A DNA stretch of 61,899 nucleotides, the filler included, from Choristocarpus tenellus KU-1152 (taxonomy: Eukaryota; Protista; Phaeophyceae), in assembly GCA_964200185.2 (NCBI GenBank). It is 11 parts of 11 records of this genome, joined end to end, with 100 filler letters (N's around TTAATTAATTAA, not from the genome) between each part and the next. Parts side by side here need not be neighbours in the genome. Positions count along the whole stretch, not along the records: positions 46,715 to 50,408 come from CAXNAD020018465.1; positions 50,509 to 53,389 come from CAXNAD020023964.1; positions 53,490 to 56,985 come from CAXNAD020019635.1; positions 57,086 to 61,899 come from CAXNAD020012959.1; 7 more parts are not named here. One strand, given 5' to 3'. The translations under genes and the position numbers were made by a program. Shown one piece after another: positions 50,264-61,899 of the stretch. The notes under the pieces were generated by a model. The model was not told the origin of the DNA. It saw only the letters and a program-made list of their open reading frames with translations, and made no database searches. Numbering within the stretch: the stretch's first letter is position 1; each line of letters starts with the position of its first letter.

Positions 50264-53200
50264 TGGGTTTGATGTATGTACACAGTGTTATTTGTACCCG
50301 GTCTATATTTTCGCCTGCTTGATGATTGAACAGTAGTCCTATCTCAGAACGTTTAATCCGACCGTACTCGCCACATTTCAGTTTGTAGTTACCACGCCTA
50401 GATGTCTGNNNNNNNNNNNNNNNNNNNNNNNNNNNNNNNNNNNNNNNNNNNNTTAATTAATTAANNNNNNNNNNNNNNNNNNNNNNNNNNNNNNNNNNNN
50501 NNNNNNNNGCAATCAAGAGTTTCTGGTAAGATGGGAGGGATTTCAAGTAAGTTGGTTGTGTGATGTGGGGTTTTTCTGTTTCTTCCCCCCCCCCCCCCCT
50601 TCCCCTGTTCTTGCCTCCCCTTACCTACAATACACACCACAGTTGTTGCACTCAGGGGGCTGAGGTTAGCATCTGTATGTTTGGGTCATAATGAAGTTGT
50701 CCTTTTTTGTAGCTTCTTGTTCCTTGTTCTTACAGGGTCTCTCCTAGTCTGCCCCCAGAGTGGGTACGGTTCAGGGGTGTACATTGAAAGGTTGTACTTC
50801 AGTCAGCACTATGGTATGATGGGTTTACCTTTCGCCATCAGCGGTAACCCTCATTACATCATGCCAACCTGCTCCCCGCCCCCCCCACATTTTGTTTTTG
50901 ACAATCTTTGGTTTCTCACATGTGAGTGAAATCCATCAACCCTCTGTTGGTACACTTTCGAACCCCCAGTACAACCCTGGTGCAGCTGTTCCTAGATGAG
51001 TAGGTAGTGCAGGATCCCAATGGTGACTTTGTAGTTGAGATGACATCGTGACTATATCGCATCTATTCCATCCCTTTTTTTTTGTCTGCAGGAATAGATT
51101 GTGTTAGGTGTAGAGTGTTTCATCCTTGTGATGATAGGGCATTCAGTACACGACCTGAGGTAAGGGATACATACTGTAACTGTACTGTTTTGGCATTTGT
51201 TTGGGGGGACGAGTTGGTTTTGATTATGTTATCTTGTAGGGAAGGAACTTTTTAAGGGCATATCATAGAGGAATTAATGTAGGCCATGCTGGAGAAGGGG
51301 GGGGGGAAGGAAGTGTAGGGGGGTTCTGAGAAGTACAGAAAAGGCATACACCTATGTGCTACATAGTTTTTCTTGTACTTGATACTTTGTCAAAGGAAAA
51401 GGCATCAGACGTCTTAATTTTTGTTATTATTTTACTGTGTGTCACAGTTCATTGCGTGTGGAAGCCTCCTGAGTGCCTCTGATTTATTTATGATTTATTC
51501 TATTATTCCTGGAATGCTGCCACGTTTGCACACACACACTCCCCCCTCACCCCTCAGGTGCAAGAGAGGAGAAATGAAATGGTTTAAGGTTGTTTTGGTT
51601 TCTCTTTTTCTTTTTTAGATTGATCGCTTGTAAACACTGGAGGGACCTTCCTTAGTGCTTCTTGTTGGTTCACATTTCGGTTCTATCTCCTCGCCTGGTA
51701 TTTTTTCTAGTCTTTTTCTAGTATTTTTTTGTATTATTCCTGAGTTTTTTTTTTTGTAAAGGTCAGGTCCTTCGTGAGGACACACGCCTCTACAGTGGTG
51801 CAACTATATTGTAGTTCAGGGACAGGTCCTTAGACAGGTTCTTAACTTGAACTCGAACTGTAGGTTTGAGAAGAAAAACAGACCTGATATGGATGCAGCA
51901 TGTATGCCTGTGGACACAGGTCCAGAGAGTTGTAGAGGGTCCTCTTAGCTTAAAACGTTTTGGTTCACATCATTTGTGAAGATACATATTTGTAGTGCTT
52001 GTGCAATCTCACACTATTATCGATGTTATTTCAAAACCTTAATATCACTATTGTTTATTCCCAAGACGGGGAGCTTGAACTCTGGAAGTACTCACCAGTA
52101 CTTTACTGCCTCATCACTTTTGTTCAGTGTTGAGAAAAATGCACACCTTGATGAGAACTATTCTATCCTCTTCAGTCGATGAGGTGGGTGTCTTACAGAA
52201 AAAAATACACAACATACACACATACCTCAATATATAGAACCCCCGCAACGAATTGTACACAGCAGAAGCGCTGAGAGAGAAACGCCTACCAGGTCTATAT
52301 GAGGAGGCAGGGCTCAATAAAAGAGTCTGCATGTGATGAGAGACGTTGAATCCCGTCAACCTCTCTCTGCAGTATTTCACACACAAAAAAAACGGAAAAA
52401 AGTCAACTATCACAATGCAAAAGTCAACAAAAACCAACAGCAAATCGTCCATACATACTTCACATGCCACACATCCCCTCCACACACATCTATCAGCGGT
52501 AGATGTCTAGAGTACCAAACGGACTAAGACAAGCATAATGCACACCCTCCATCCATCCATCCATCCATCCATCCATTTCTCATGGAAATATCAGATTTTG
52601 TGTTCACTAGTAGGTGTGTGTACAGTTACAATATATAGTAGGGTATTCAAAACGACCTGAATGGTTTTGTTTCATCAAGGGAAGGCCCGGCAGCAGCAGC
52701 GATACCATTATAATAATAATAATAATATTTTCAACCACCTCTGCCCAAGAAGATTATGCTTAAACAGTAGCAGCTGCAGCCAACCGGCGTACTTCTTCCA
52801 TTCGCCTGGAATCAATTCAGCACACACAATGTGGCATGATATAATTTGGGAGTGGGGGGGGGGGGGGGGTCTCCCCTTTTTCTTCATTTTTTTATACACC
52901 AAACCAAGAATCTTTTTGTTTTTANNNNNNNNNNGTGCAAAATACACAGGATAATATTGTGTTTTTAATTTTTTGGGGGGGGGGGGGGGGGGGGGGGCAT
53001 TCTCACTGTTACTCTAGTACTGTATACACAACAGCAGAACTTATTGGATATTAAGAAAAAAATGTCAAAAAGAGGATCGATCACACCACGTCTTTCATGT
53101 ATCTATCAGGTCAAGCCAAGCCTCTTACTTTCATCAATGCTCAACAATGTTCATGGTGATTTGGATTCATCGTCCCCTTTGAAAAGAGAGCCAGTGTGTA

Positions 53201-53667
53201 CTGATACCTCGTGATTGGTAGTCACGTCAAAGCCTTCTATCACTACTAATACTTGGTGCTACTACTATTGCCATGACTAACACAATGAAAAATGAATAAC
53301 AAAAACAAAAATATATAAAATAATGTTCTAGAACAATTACCCAGTATCGTATGTTTGAGGGGGGATGGGGGGGGGGGATATGGACAGTGNNNNNNNNNNN
53401 NNNNNNNNNNNNNNNNNNNNNNNNNNNNNNNNNTTAATTAATTAANNNNNNNNNNNNNNNNNNNNNNNNNNNNNNNNNNNNNNNNNNNNATAGATTGTTA
53501 GAGTTCGGTTCAAAAAACAAACATAACCTCCCGTGTTTGAATTACTTGTGCGAGAGCAAACCAGCCCCCCCCCCCCCCCCCTTCTACCGGCTCTTTTTAG
53601 GGAGGCGGCAACGTGCCTGCAGACAAAAACGTGTACAGGGGTCCAGTTGAAGGGGGAAGTGGACAGG

Positions 53668-56600
53668 AGAGGGGCAGAGGGGGGGGAAGAAGGGATAGGG
53701 TCAGGGAGCAGAGAGAGCAAGAGGAGGTTCTTCCAGAGCACCTGTTTGCTATCCAAATGGCCAAGAGTCAGCCATGGAAAGACCGTCTGACGGTGGGTAC
53801 ATTACACCAGGGGTTGTGGTTAGATACAAGACTCTTTGGGGGGTCAAAAGTGGTTGGTAGGAAGAGGGTGTTTGGATCGGGCTTGCTTGAATTGTTGTGT
53901 GTTCATCCAGCCCCTTGATCTCTCGCTAGCGACATCTTTCCCTTGATACTCTTATCCCCTGCTTGCCCGGCCCTGTTTCTGACTCATATTGACATCTCGT
54001 GCCGCCTTTTTGGACACCTCATGCACCTGCAATCTTAGCGTTGCTTGCAGCCTGCCCCAGCCAAACTCCGTTGAATATCTTGCCTTACGCGGATGCATTG
54101 TTCTCGGTGATTGTCAACTTCAACTTCAACTTCATGACCGTGAATTCTCATCCCCTTGCATGCCTTTGCGCTCCTACTGCCTGTCACACCTTTGTACCTT
54201 TTTTTGACAATGTTTACCAGCCTGGTGGTAAGGTTGCCTACGAAGACCTGCTGTCGTTCTTCACAGCCTCCCTGAAGGTTTTGGATTACGAAGAGATCCG
54301 GCTGAAGTCGGTGATTGGAAGTGGTGCATTTGCAACTGTGTTCAAGGCGTACTATCACAATGAGGTGTGTCCTTTGTACAGGATGGGAGGAAGGGGAGAG
54401 GTTTGTTTGTGTAGTTGTGATCACACCTGTATCAGCATTTGTGTCTGTCTGTCTGTCTGTCTGTCTATCTCCCATCGGTACTAGGTCGGGTGTATGGAGA
54501 TATGTAATGTAAAGGAAGAGGAAGCTGTCACAGTGCAGTCTTTGTAGTCCATTGATAGTCAGTCTATTGATTGTGGGCATGTTGACTGTTGAGCTTGAGG
54601 TAGACATGAGAATGGTTCAATTGAGACAAGTTGGTTCATCTCCCTACCATCTTCCAGGTCTTTGTTGTATCTCCCTTTTTTATGTGTGTGGTCTCTGGTT
54701 ATGTCAGAGCGATCTCGGCATTGTTGTATAATGGGCGGAACCCACTGGTTCCCCTTGAAAGAGTGTAGGAAGGAGAGCATCCTCACTCTGCATCTCCATT
54801 ACTCCTAACTGCCAGATGCAATACAAAACACAGAGGTTGGCCCTTTGCTATCTATCCCTTAGTAGACACTTGTACCTCCATTGATCGCTGTTTTGAATTA
54901 GAATTGCTTCCATCAATCACAGTAGGCGCCATCATGTGACTGGGCCCACCTACAAAGCCCTGGCCTCAGACCAAAACCTTTTGTCCTCCTGGTCATGTTG
55001 CTACGGCCCAGAGCAAGGATAAAAGTGCTCTGGAGCAGGACTACTGTGTCTTGTGCTCCATGGCTGGGGCGACAGTGACCTGATGGTGTCCCCCCCCCCC
55101 TCTCCTCATCGAGGTTAAAGTTAATCTTCATTGTTTTGCCCTCACTCTGTCACTGCTGTCCCCCTTTACTCTTTATGGTATCCTTGTCTCCCTTGTAAAC
55201 CTCCCCCCCCCCCCCTTGTCCACACCATGCAATCAGGAGGTGGCAGTAAAAAAGCTGGTTGGGGGAGGGGGGGGTCCGATGGAGAAAACATTGAAAGACT
55301 TCAAGACAGAGTGTGCACTTCTTCTTCGCCTGAAACATCGAAATATCATTGCACTGGTGGGGATGACAACTCGCCCAGTCACATGTGTCATGCAGTATTG
55401 CAGCAGGGGTAACCTGATGGTGTTGCTGGATGATCGCAGGTGAGTTAGTGGTGGGCTCTGGGCTGTGACGGGGGTCTCCACGGTTCATGAGCGATGAAAT
55501 GACGTGCGCTGTGTTAACAAGAGCTTCTGAAGTAAAAGAATGAAGTAGGATACATGGGTTGGTCTGATGTCCCCACAGAGCGACCCTTTGTGTTCAGGTA
55601 GGTCTTTGAAAATGATGATCATGTACAAAGTACATGAAACGCTTACTGACTTTTTGTCTTCTTTTTCTGGACAGTGTTGATGGATGTAATCTACAGCGGT
55701 GACGTACCAGTATTGGTATGTGCTGCAATTTCTGTAAGGACTTCACCAGTAGGATATGTGCTCAGATGTTACTTACGGGTCTGTTGAATCCAATCAGTAG
55801 GTGGGCCCTGGGTGAAACTTGTGGTTTTATGGATGTGGACCACCTGGGTACCAAGTACTAGTATGGAATTGTCAACTTCTGTGGAACGGTATGACTATAA
55901 CTGTGAAATTAACCTATGGCGGTATGAGGTATCGAATATATATAATCATCGGTATATGTGTTTTGTTTTTTTTGACAGCGTACCTTACAATGTCAAAGTA
56001 GTCTGCCCATCTTCCCAATGTCTGGTTGGCATGAATGTTCGATTTGATGTCATGACATCTGCCCTGACAATTTAAAATAAAAATAAATAAATAAAAACTA
56101 ATCTAAGTGTTTGGTAGTGTGTGAGTGAACCTCATTGTGTTCCGAATGACATCTGCCATCAATTGTCCCTCCACCGTGGGATTCTTAAGGTGCCTTGCAG
56201 TATGTAATGTAGGGTTTCAGTGTGGTAGGCGGTATGGAATGACTAAGGTCAAAACTGTTGACAGTATTATGTATGTGGAATTGCATCTGCCACTTGTGGT
56301 GAGTACATGGCATCATACTGCTCCCTTGACAGCTGATTGGCAAGATTTCCAAGACATCATATCCTCATGTTTTTTTGTTTTCTTTTGAGAAACTTTTATC
56401 TAGATCAAACCTCCTTCAACATATCTGTTGAGGGGCACTGCTACTACTGTTTTTGTTGATGTTGGGACCATCAGTTTCTCAAAGGACTCCATTATTTTCT
56501 ATTATTGGCATCAAATGCGTGTATTTGTTTTTACATTTTAGCTTTCATTCTCTTTTCTGCTTTTTTGAGACAAGAGAGTAATCTCCTTATACTCACAGAA

Positions 56601-56895
56601 GGCAGGAAATTTCTGGATTATTTGTTGATCTGCCAGTGAAAATGCTTCTATGTGAAAACACTGGTGCCTTGGTTTTGCCCAATCGTCTCCCTCCCCTCCC
56701 CCTGCTGCATGCACTCACCGGTTCCGTTTTTAACACATTTCAATTGTCAGTGTTGAGCTGACATGGAACCTGAAGAAGACCATGATGCTGGATGTGGCAG
56801 AGGGTATGCAGTACCTGCACAATCAGAACCCAGTCATCATTCACAGGGACCTCAAGAGTCTCAACATCCTCATTGATGAGGACTGGGTCACAAAG
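53668..56895 (+). CDS. TKL-family protein kinase, internal exons
   Basis: [49 protein letters not shown]...[20 protein letters not shown]. Confidence 0.93.
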
Positions 56896-57403
56896 GTGAG
56901 TTTTGCTACCTGAGTAGCTCTAATGTGAGAACTCTACTGTAGGGGGGTGTCTTTTTTGTGTCTGATAGGGGGTCTGGGAGAAGGGNNNNNNNNNNNNNNN
57001 NNNNNNNNNNNNNNNNNNNNNNNNNNNNNTTAATTAATTAANNNNNNNNNNNNNNNNNNNNNNNNNNNNNNNNNNNNNNNNNNNNATTGTAAATGCACTT
57101 CCTTTGCTTTTGGTCCAAAGGGCCACCTTGGTGTAGTCCCCCCCCCCCCTCCCAGATACTTTGGGTCGTCTTGGCATATCTGAAAATAGTTGGGAGGAGA
57201 CACTTCTCAGAGTGGGCTAGATTGAATGATCATGCACCCCCGTCAACAATCAATGTGGTACTGGTTTGGACTAGTGGTGTGTAGTTGTTGCCATTATTAG
57301 TGTCATCATGATGAGGAGTGTGAATGACTTTGTTCTTTGTGTACCCACCCCTATCAACAAGAAGAGACACAAGGCCTTGCAGACAGAGTAGCAAAATCTT
57401 ACT

Positions 57404-58955
57404 TTTTTAGCATCAAACGGAAGGAGGGCATCACAATAGTTAGCTGACAGGGTGATAATATATATATACATTGAATCCCATGATGAGAGCAGCTCATCTT
57501 TCTTTTTCTCATTGTATTCTTCCTCTGGATTGCAAGCAGCATCTTCTCTGTTGAAGAACAAGGGACTAATATAGAACACAAAAAAATGGACAAAAGTATA
57601 ATGAATCAACCACTACCAGATATAATGATCCTGTTATTTTAACTGCCTCGAGCATCAATTCCTGTTTTGACACGAATGAAGTGGTAGTGTTGTACTTCCA
57701 GACTCAAGTACATTCTTCTGTCCATGGTGGCTCGTCCTCAAAGCGTATCGCGAAGGATGCACACACTTACAATGCTTAGTCAGCGTGACCCTCATTTTTA
57801 GGAGTGAGGTCTTATCCAGTGAAGCAAAAAAACTATATTGTCACAGAAAATCACATATTTTTTTTTTTCCATGTCAGATTATTAAATACCATTTCAAATT
57901 TCAACTTACTAAGAATGACCACTGCGTATGGCCATCAAAAGCTGTAGCTTTGCTATGATAACTACTACTTTGTACTATAAAAGTTGCTTACATGTAGCAG
58001 CAGCAGCAGTAGTAGTATAGTAGTAAGTGCAGCAATTGTCACTTTCAAGCACATGCATGATGAAGCTCAATGGATGATTGGAGAGACATTACCATTACTA
58101 CTATTACTACTACTACTACAGCAGTGAGTGACATTGCACACATTCATTAATTCAAAGATAGTTGATAACAAAAAGCAAAAAATACAGCACCCACTGGCAA
58201 TGTCGTATCATCTACTTTCATGGTCAGATGATCCAGCATCTTCAGATTGAAAAGTGGTACATAATACTCCTCCATAATTGTGTTTTAATATTATTTTACT
58301 ACTCCTTTAGTTTTTATATTACCATATCATTACTTTTTTAGGGGGTTGGGGGTTGTCACGAATAGACGGAATGATGGCTGCATTGAGATCATAATTACAT
58401 CCCATTGGCGCATGTACTGCATAACCTTACCTATACCTTAGGAAGATGGTGGTGGTGGTGCGGTTGGCCAGTCTGTCTGCCCTTTTGCTCTCGTTCATCC
58501 TTCCTCCACCCCATCATCAGTCAAACCAAGCCAGACCCTACCTAGCATAGTCCATTCCACATGAATTTCAGCTTCTTCTCTTCTACCTGGATGGAGGACC
58601 AGTAAATTATAGTCCATGGATCGGAGTATACAATGCCGAAACCTGGTATAGCGGCAAAGAGAGGTAAGGATTTTGTTTGATCGAAATAGAAGTAACTTGT
58701 TACATTATTTTTTCAAAAACCAGTTGACCAGAGACACACACGCATATATATGTATATATGTATGTATCTGGGGAGTATTTGGGTATGTATGTGAGGCAGG
58801 TTGACTCACCCGGATCCTTGTGTTCGCCACGTCATGACGAGGGAGGGAAATTCGACACATATGCCTTGGATCAAATGGCATATCCGAACTGCCTTCGAAT
58901 TGGATGTATTGAGTGAAAGACGAAGAAAAATAAGATAACATTGTCTTCATTTTAC
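57404..58955 (-). CDS. Possible exons of an unidentified gene
   Basis: Two open segments bounded by AG/GT (about 58955-58809 and 57547-57404); no recognisable motif. Confidence 0.3.
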
Positions 58956-59463
58956 TACAGTAGATTGCATGACGACCTTTCCTCGATTAACGCACTGTGA
59001 ATGAGCATAACGTCCTCCAGCAATCGTTCTTACCATGCGTGAAGATGAAGATCGAAAAGACACGGGTCATGGAGGAATAACAAACTTACATTGAAGTATT
59101 ATCCTTTATATTGCCTCTATTCCACCTTCCACTATTCTATGTAACGACATCTTCCATCTAGCCTTACTCTCTTGATGCGTAGTATATATATATATATATA
59201 TATATAGGATCATGTCATAACTTAAATTTTATTATATGATATTCTTCGCTCAGTTTCAGCCATTCATTGTGTTTTAGTGGTATTGTGTGAGGGTCGTACA
59301 ACGTTATTTTCTTTGTAGTCAATAGTCATATTTATCCTTCTCTTCATGAGGCGAGTTGTGAAGAGATTTTGTCGGGTACACAGCACTGGTATATAAAACC
59401 TCTACGTGCTGGGCAGATCGGTCGGGGTCGACGTTGACGGGCGAATCGCCAGCAGTTGCAGAT

Positions 59464-60330
59464 ATGGTGGAGAGTCTAGCGGCTGTTGAAGACGATGTTA
59501 AGTGCAATCGCGTGGCCAGAAACCCTTTTGGGGACAAGTTCACTACACTGGTAGGTGGCTTTGGCGATTAAGCATCTTCGGTACAGAGAGGAACGTGTCA
59601 AAGGAAGCCTAAGCAGAACGGAATTCTTCAGGGATACGCGCATAACAACACAATGTCATTCGAACAAACATGTGGGTTGTTGCCAAACCTCACAACAACA
59701 CTCCATTAGCGCTCCAGTACAAGAAAGGAGATGGATGGGCTTCGTTACCTTGCCTTTCCCCCTTCAGATTTCAGTCCTTTCAATGCTTGATTAACTCTAA
59801 GCTCCACCACTACGTGTTCTCCGCCCGTTCACTTCAGACTCGCTCGTCATTTGCCGGTGCTGTTAGTTGTAAGGGGAAAGTGGCAACAGAGAACTTAGAA
59901 ACATTATCGAGACAGATACAAGTCAGGTGGGCCAAAGATCTAAAGTAGGCCCAGGCTGCTTGTCGTGGGCACATGTTGGCTGCTGCAGGTTTGTCATTCA
60001 ACAAGCAAGGCAGCAAGGAACAACAGCATGCACCCATGTTGCATTCTCGACTCTTCCTCGTGACTGCCTGGTACCTCGCTGCCTCTGTGTTCAAATAAGA
60101 ATAGTAGATATGCACGGATGTCGAGTCAAGTCCACGACACAACCTTGATACTTTTGAATGTGGTCTCATGTTTGATTGTTGAAGAAACGTGGAGATCCGA
60201 AATGTTCCACCTACTCACTTCTCCCTGTCGTCACAGGGTTGAGGTCATCTCCAGGCAGATCGCTTTCCTTTGCAAGGAGACAGCAGAGGAAGCAAATCTT
60301 GGCTTCCCGTTGTCTGCTTTGGGGAAGAAG
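59464..60330 (+). CDS. Hypothetical spliced ORF
   Basis: Three phase-compatible GT-AG exons: MVESLAAVED...FTTL|TRSSF...IQVR|VEVISRQIAF...LGKK; no recognisable motif. Confidence 0.35.
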
Positions 60331-61205
60331 GTGCGATCCTACCGCCCTCGACGAAATAGTTAGGAACAGAAATAAGATTGACGATACACACGTTTGTGGA
60401 TATTAAAAAGAAAGTTACTTATTCCGACATATCAACGCTTCCAGGTTTCGCATAAATACTGCTCGTATTCTTGCGCTCCTTACCAAAAGCATATCTCTTG
60501 ATTGGACGAAACTACTTGCTGTACCACAAAGGTCGTCAGAACAAGCAATACAAGTTGTTGTAGTGGCATTATGATTCCCATCTCATCCAAAACGCAATCT
60601 GGGTCAATTGATCAATTGATGGTTTGGTTATTTTATTATTATGCCATTTAAGATTTGATGTGTCATCGAAAAAAACGATGATGGCGTAGTTATTTTTATT
60701 ATTATGAGCTCTGACATTTTGATGGATTGATTATTGTAAATCGTATAAAATAAAAATAGTTCGATGTTTATACCCTCAAAATGTGCGTGGTGAAACCAAT
60801 AAAACAGTGCAAAGTGAGACACATGCTAATGAAGACAGTAATAGAACAGAGTTCAGAAGAAAATAATCTATTACCTCACGAAAAACTGAGAGTACATAGA
60901 CACAACAAGCAGAAATGAATACAAAAATCAATCAATTCACTATCAGTAACATGAAGAAAGAACAGAGAAGTATCAAGGAGAATAGATCAATCAATGCCAT
61001 TTTACCTTAGTAGTAATTCAGCACTCAACTACATAATAAAAGGAAGAAACGTAGAAAAAGGTCGATGGTACATATCTAGAGATAAAATCACGCGCGATAA
61101 ACCTTTCTTCACTTTCAATCTACTCCCACCCCCTCACTCTATTTACCCCATCATGTTTGTTATTATCCTGACTGATTTATCTGCACTGCTACCATCAGAG
61201 GATTT

Positions 61206-61278
61206 GAGTCGATATTAATTTTTTTAATTTATAATTATTTTAAAATAATTAAAAATTAAAAAAAATACATATCGACAC
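61206..61278. repeat. AT-rich ~73-bp palindrome
   Basis: GAGTCGATAT...TAATTATTTT|AAAATAATTA...ATATCGACAC. Confidence 0.8.
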
Positions 61279-61280
61279 TT

Positions 61281-61352
61281 TATCCCAGTCAATTTTGAGT
61301 CAAGCCCATCCTCAATGAAAAGCTCCATCCTCAATTTTTGAAATTGGCTGTT
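61281..61352 (+). repeat. 72-bp dispersed repeat (copy of 18055-18126)
   Basis: 70 of 72 nt identity by direct comparison. Confidence 0.9.
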
Positions 61353-61824
61353 ATTATTATTTTTGAAGGAAAGGCGAGTTGTAGTATATATCTTGGAGGA
61401 GCTATATTGTGTATTTTTGTTTTAATGGTAGTATATTGCGGTGGGTTGTTGGGTCTTTAGTAGTATTAAAAATACTACTGGCCTCTGGCTCCTAAAAGAC
61501 ATGTGTTTCTTTATTTGTTGTGGGTACTAACTTGTGCAAAATTCTCACACACCAACCCTACAAAGATATTTGAACCCACATACATACGCACTTTCTCGGC
61601 TCATCTGTGAAGCTCTCAGTGTGGCATCAAAAGAGAAGAGAAACATGGTCAGTCAGTAGTAGGTTCAATCCCCACGTAATATTAGATACAATCAATGTTA
61701 CACACGAAGAGCTTGGTTACTCAAGAAGTCAGCAGGGGGTTAAACAAGATCTTTAAGTCCTCCGTCGGTTTGATAATAGAAGACCAAGCCTGATCCTCTG
61801 GTTCTTGGGAGTACTTTAGAATCT

Positions 61825-61899
61825 GGGTCAGAAAGTATCTGGTGGGGGGGTGTCGGGGTTCGTTTTTCACCCTTTTTTCGATTTTCACTTTTTTGGTGT
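61825..61899 (+). mobile_element. Probable terminus related to the foldback/MITE TIR
   Basis: GGGTCAGAAAGTATCTGGTGGGGGGG resembles GGGTCAAAGTATCTGGGGGG at 8296; related reverse ends at ~30921-30943 and ~57140-57167. Confidence 0.55.

Noticed and set aside
50509-53389. Possible minus-strand exons
   Set aside because: Could not assemble a consistent reading frame or recognise a motif.

Overview
Eukaryotic genomic DNA from a flagellated, plastid-bearing stramenopile, most likely a brown alga or relative (bipartite ASA-F plastid presequence, IFT144/DRC7, intron-rich genes). The window is a chain of short contigs joined by artificial N...TTAATTAATTAA...N linkers; genes break at the linkers, so adjacency across gaps cannot be trusted. 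Contig 1 (1-15066) is a transposon nest: decayed Copia pol/gag pieces, a non-LTR RT fragment, a ~200-bp foldback, an intron-containing Sola2-type DDD transposase pseudogene, and six copies of a ~260-bp GAG...CTC MITE with 4-bp TSDs. A seventh MITE copy interrupts a ParB/sulfiredoxin-like gene that lies head-to-head with a Sola1-like transposase N-terminus (46715-50408), the most unusual arrangement here. Host genes (mostly partial): CK1/VRK-like kinase, DRC7 and IFT144 (divergent pair), PUS3-like pseudouridine synthase, two alpha/beta hydrolases, an orphan membrane protein, a complete plastid phosphate translocator divergent from a DnaJ, and a TKL kinase. All calls come from manual translation and motif recall; no database search was run.
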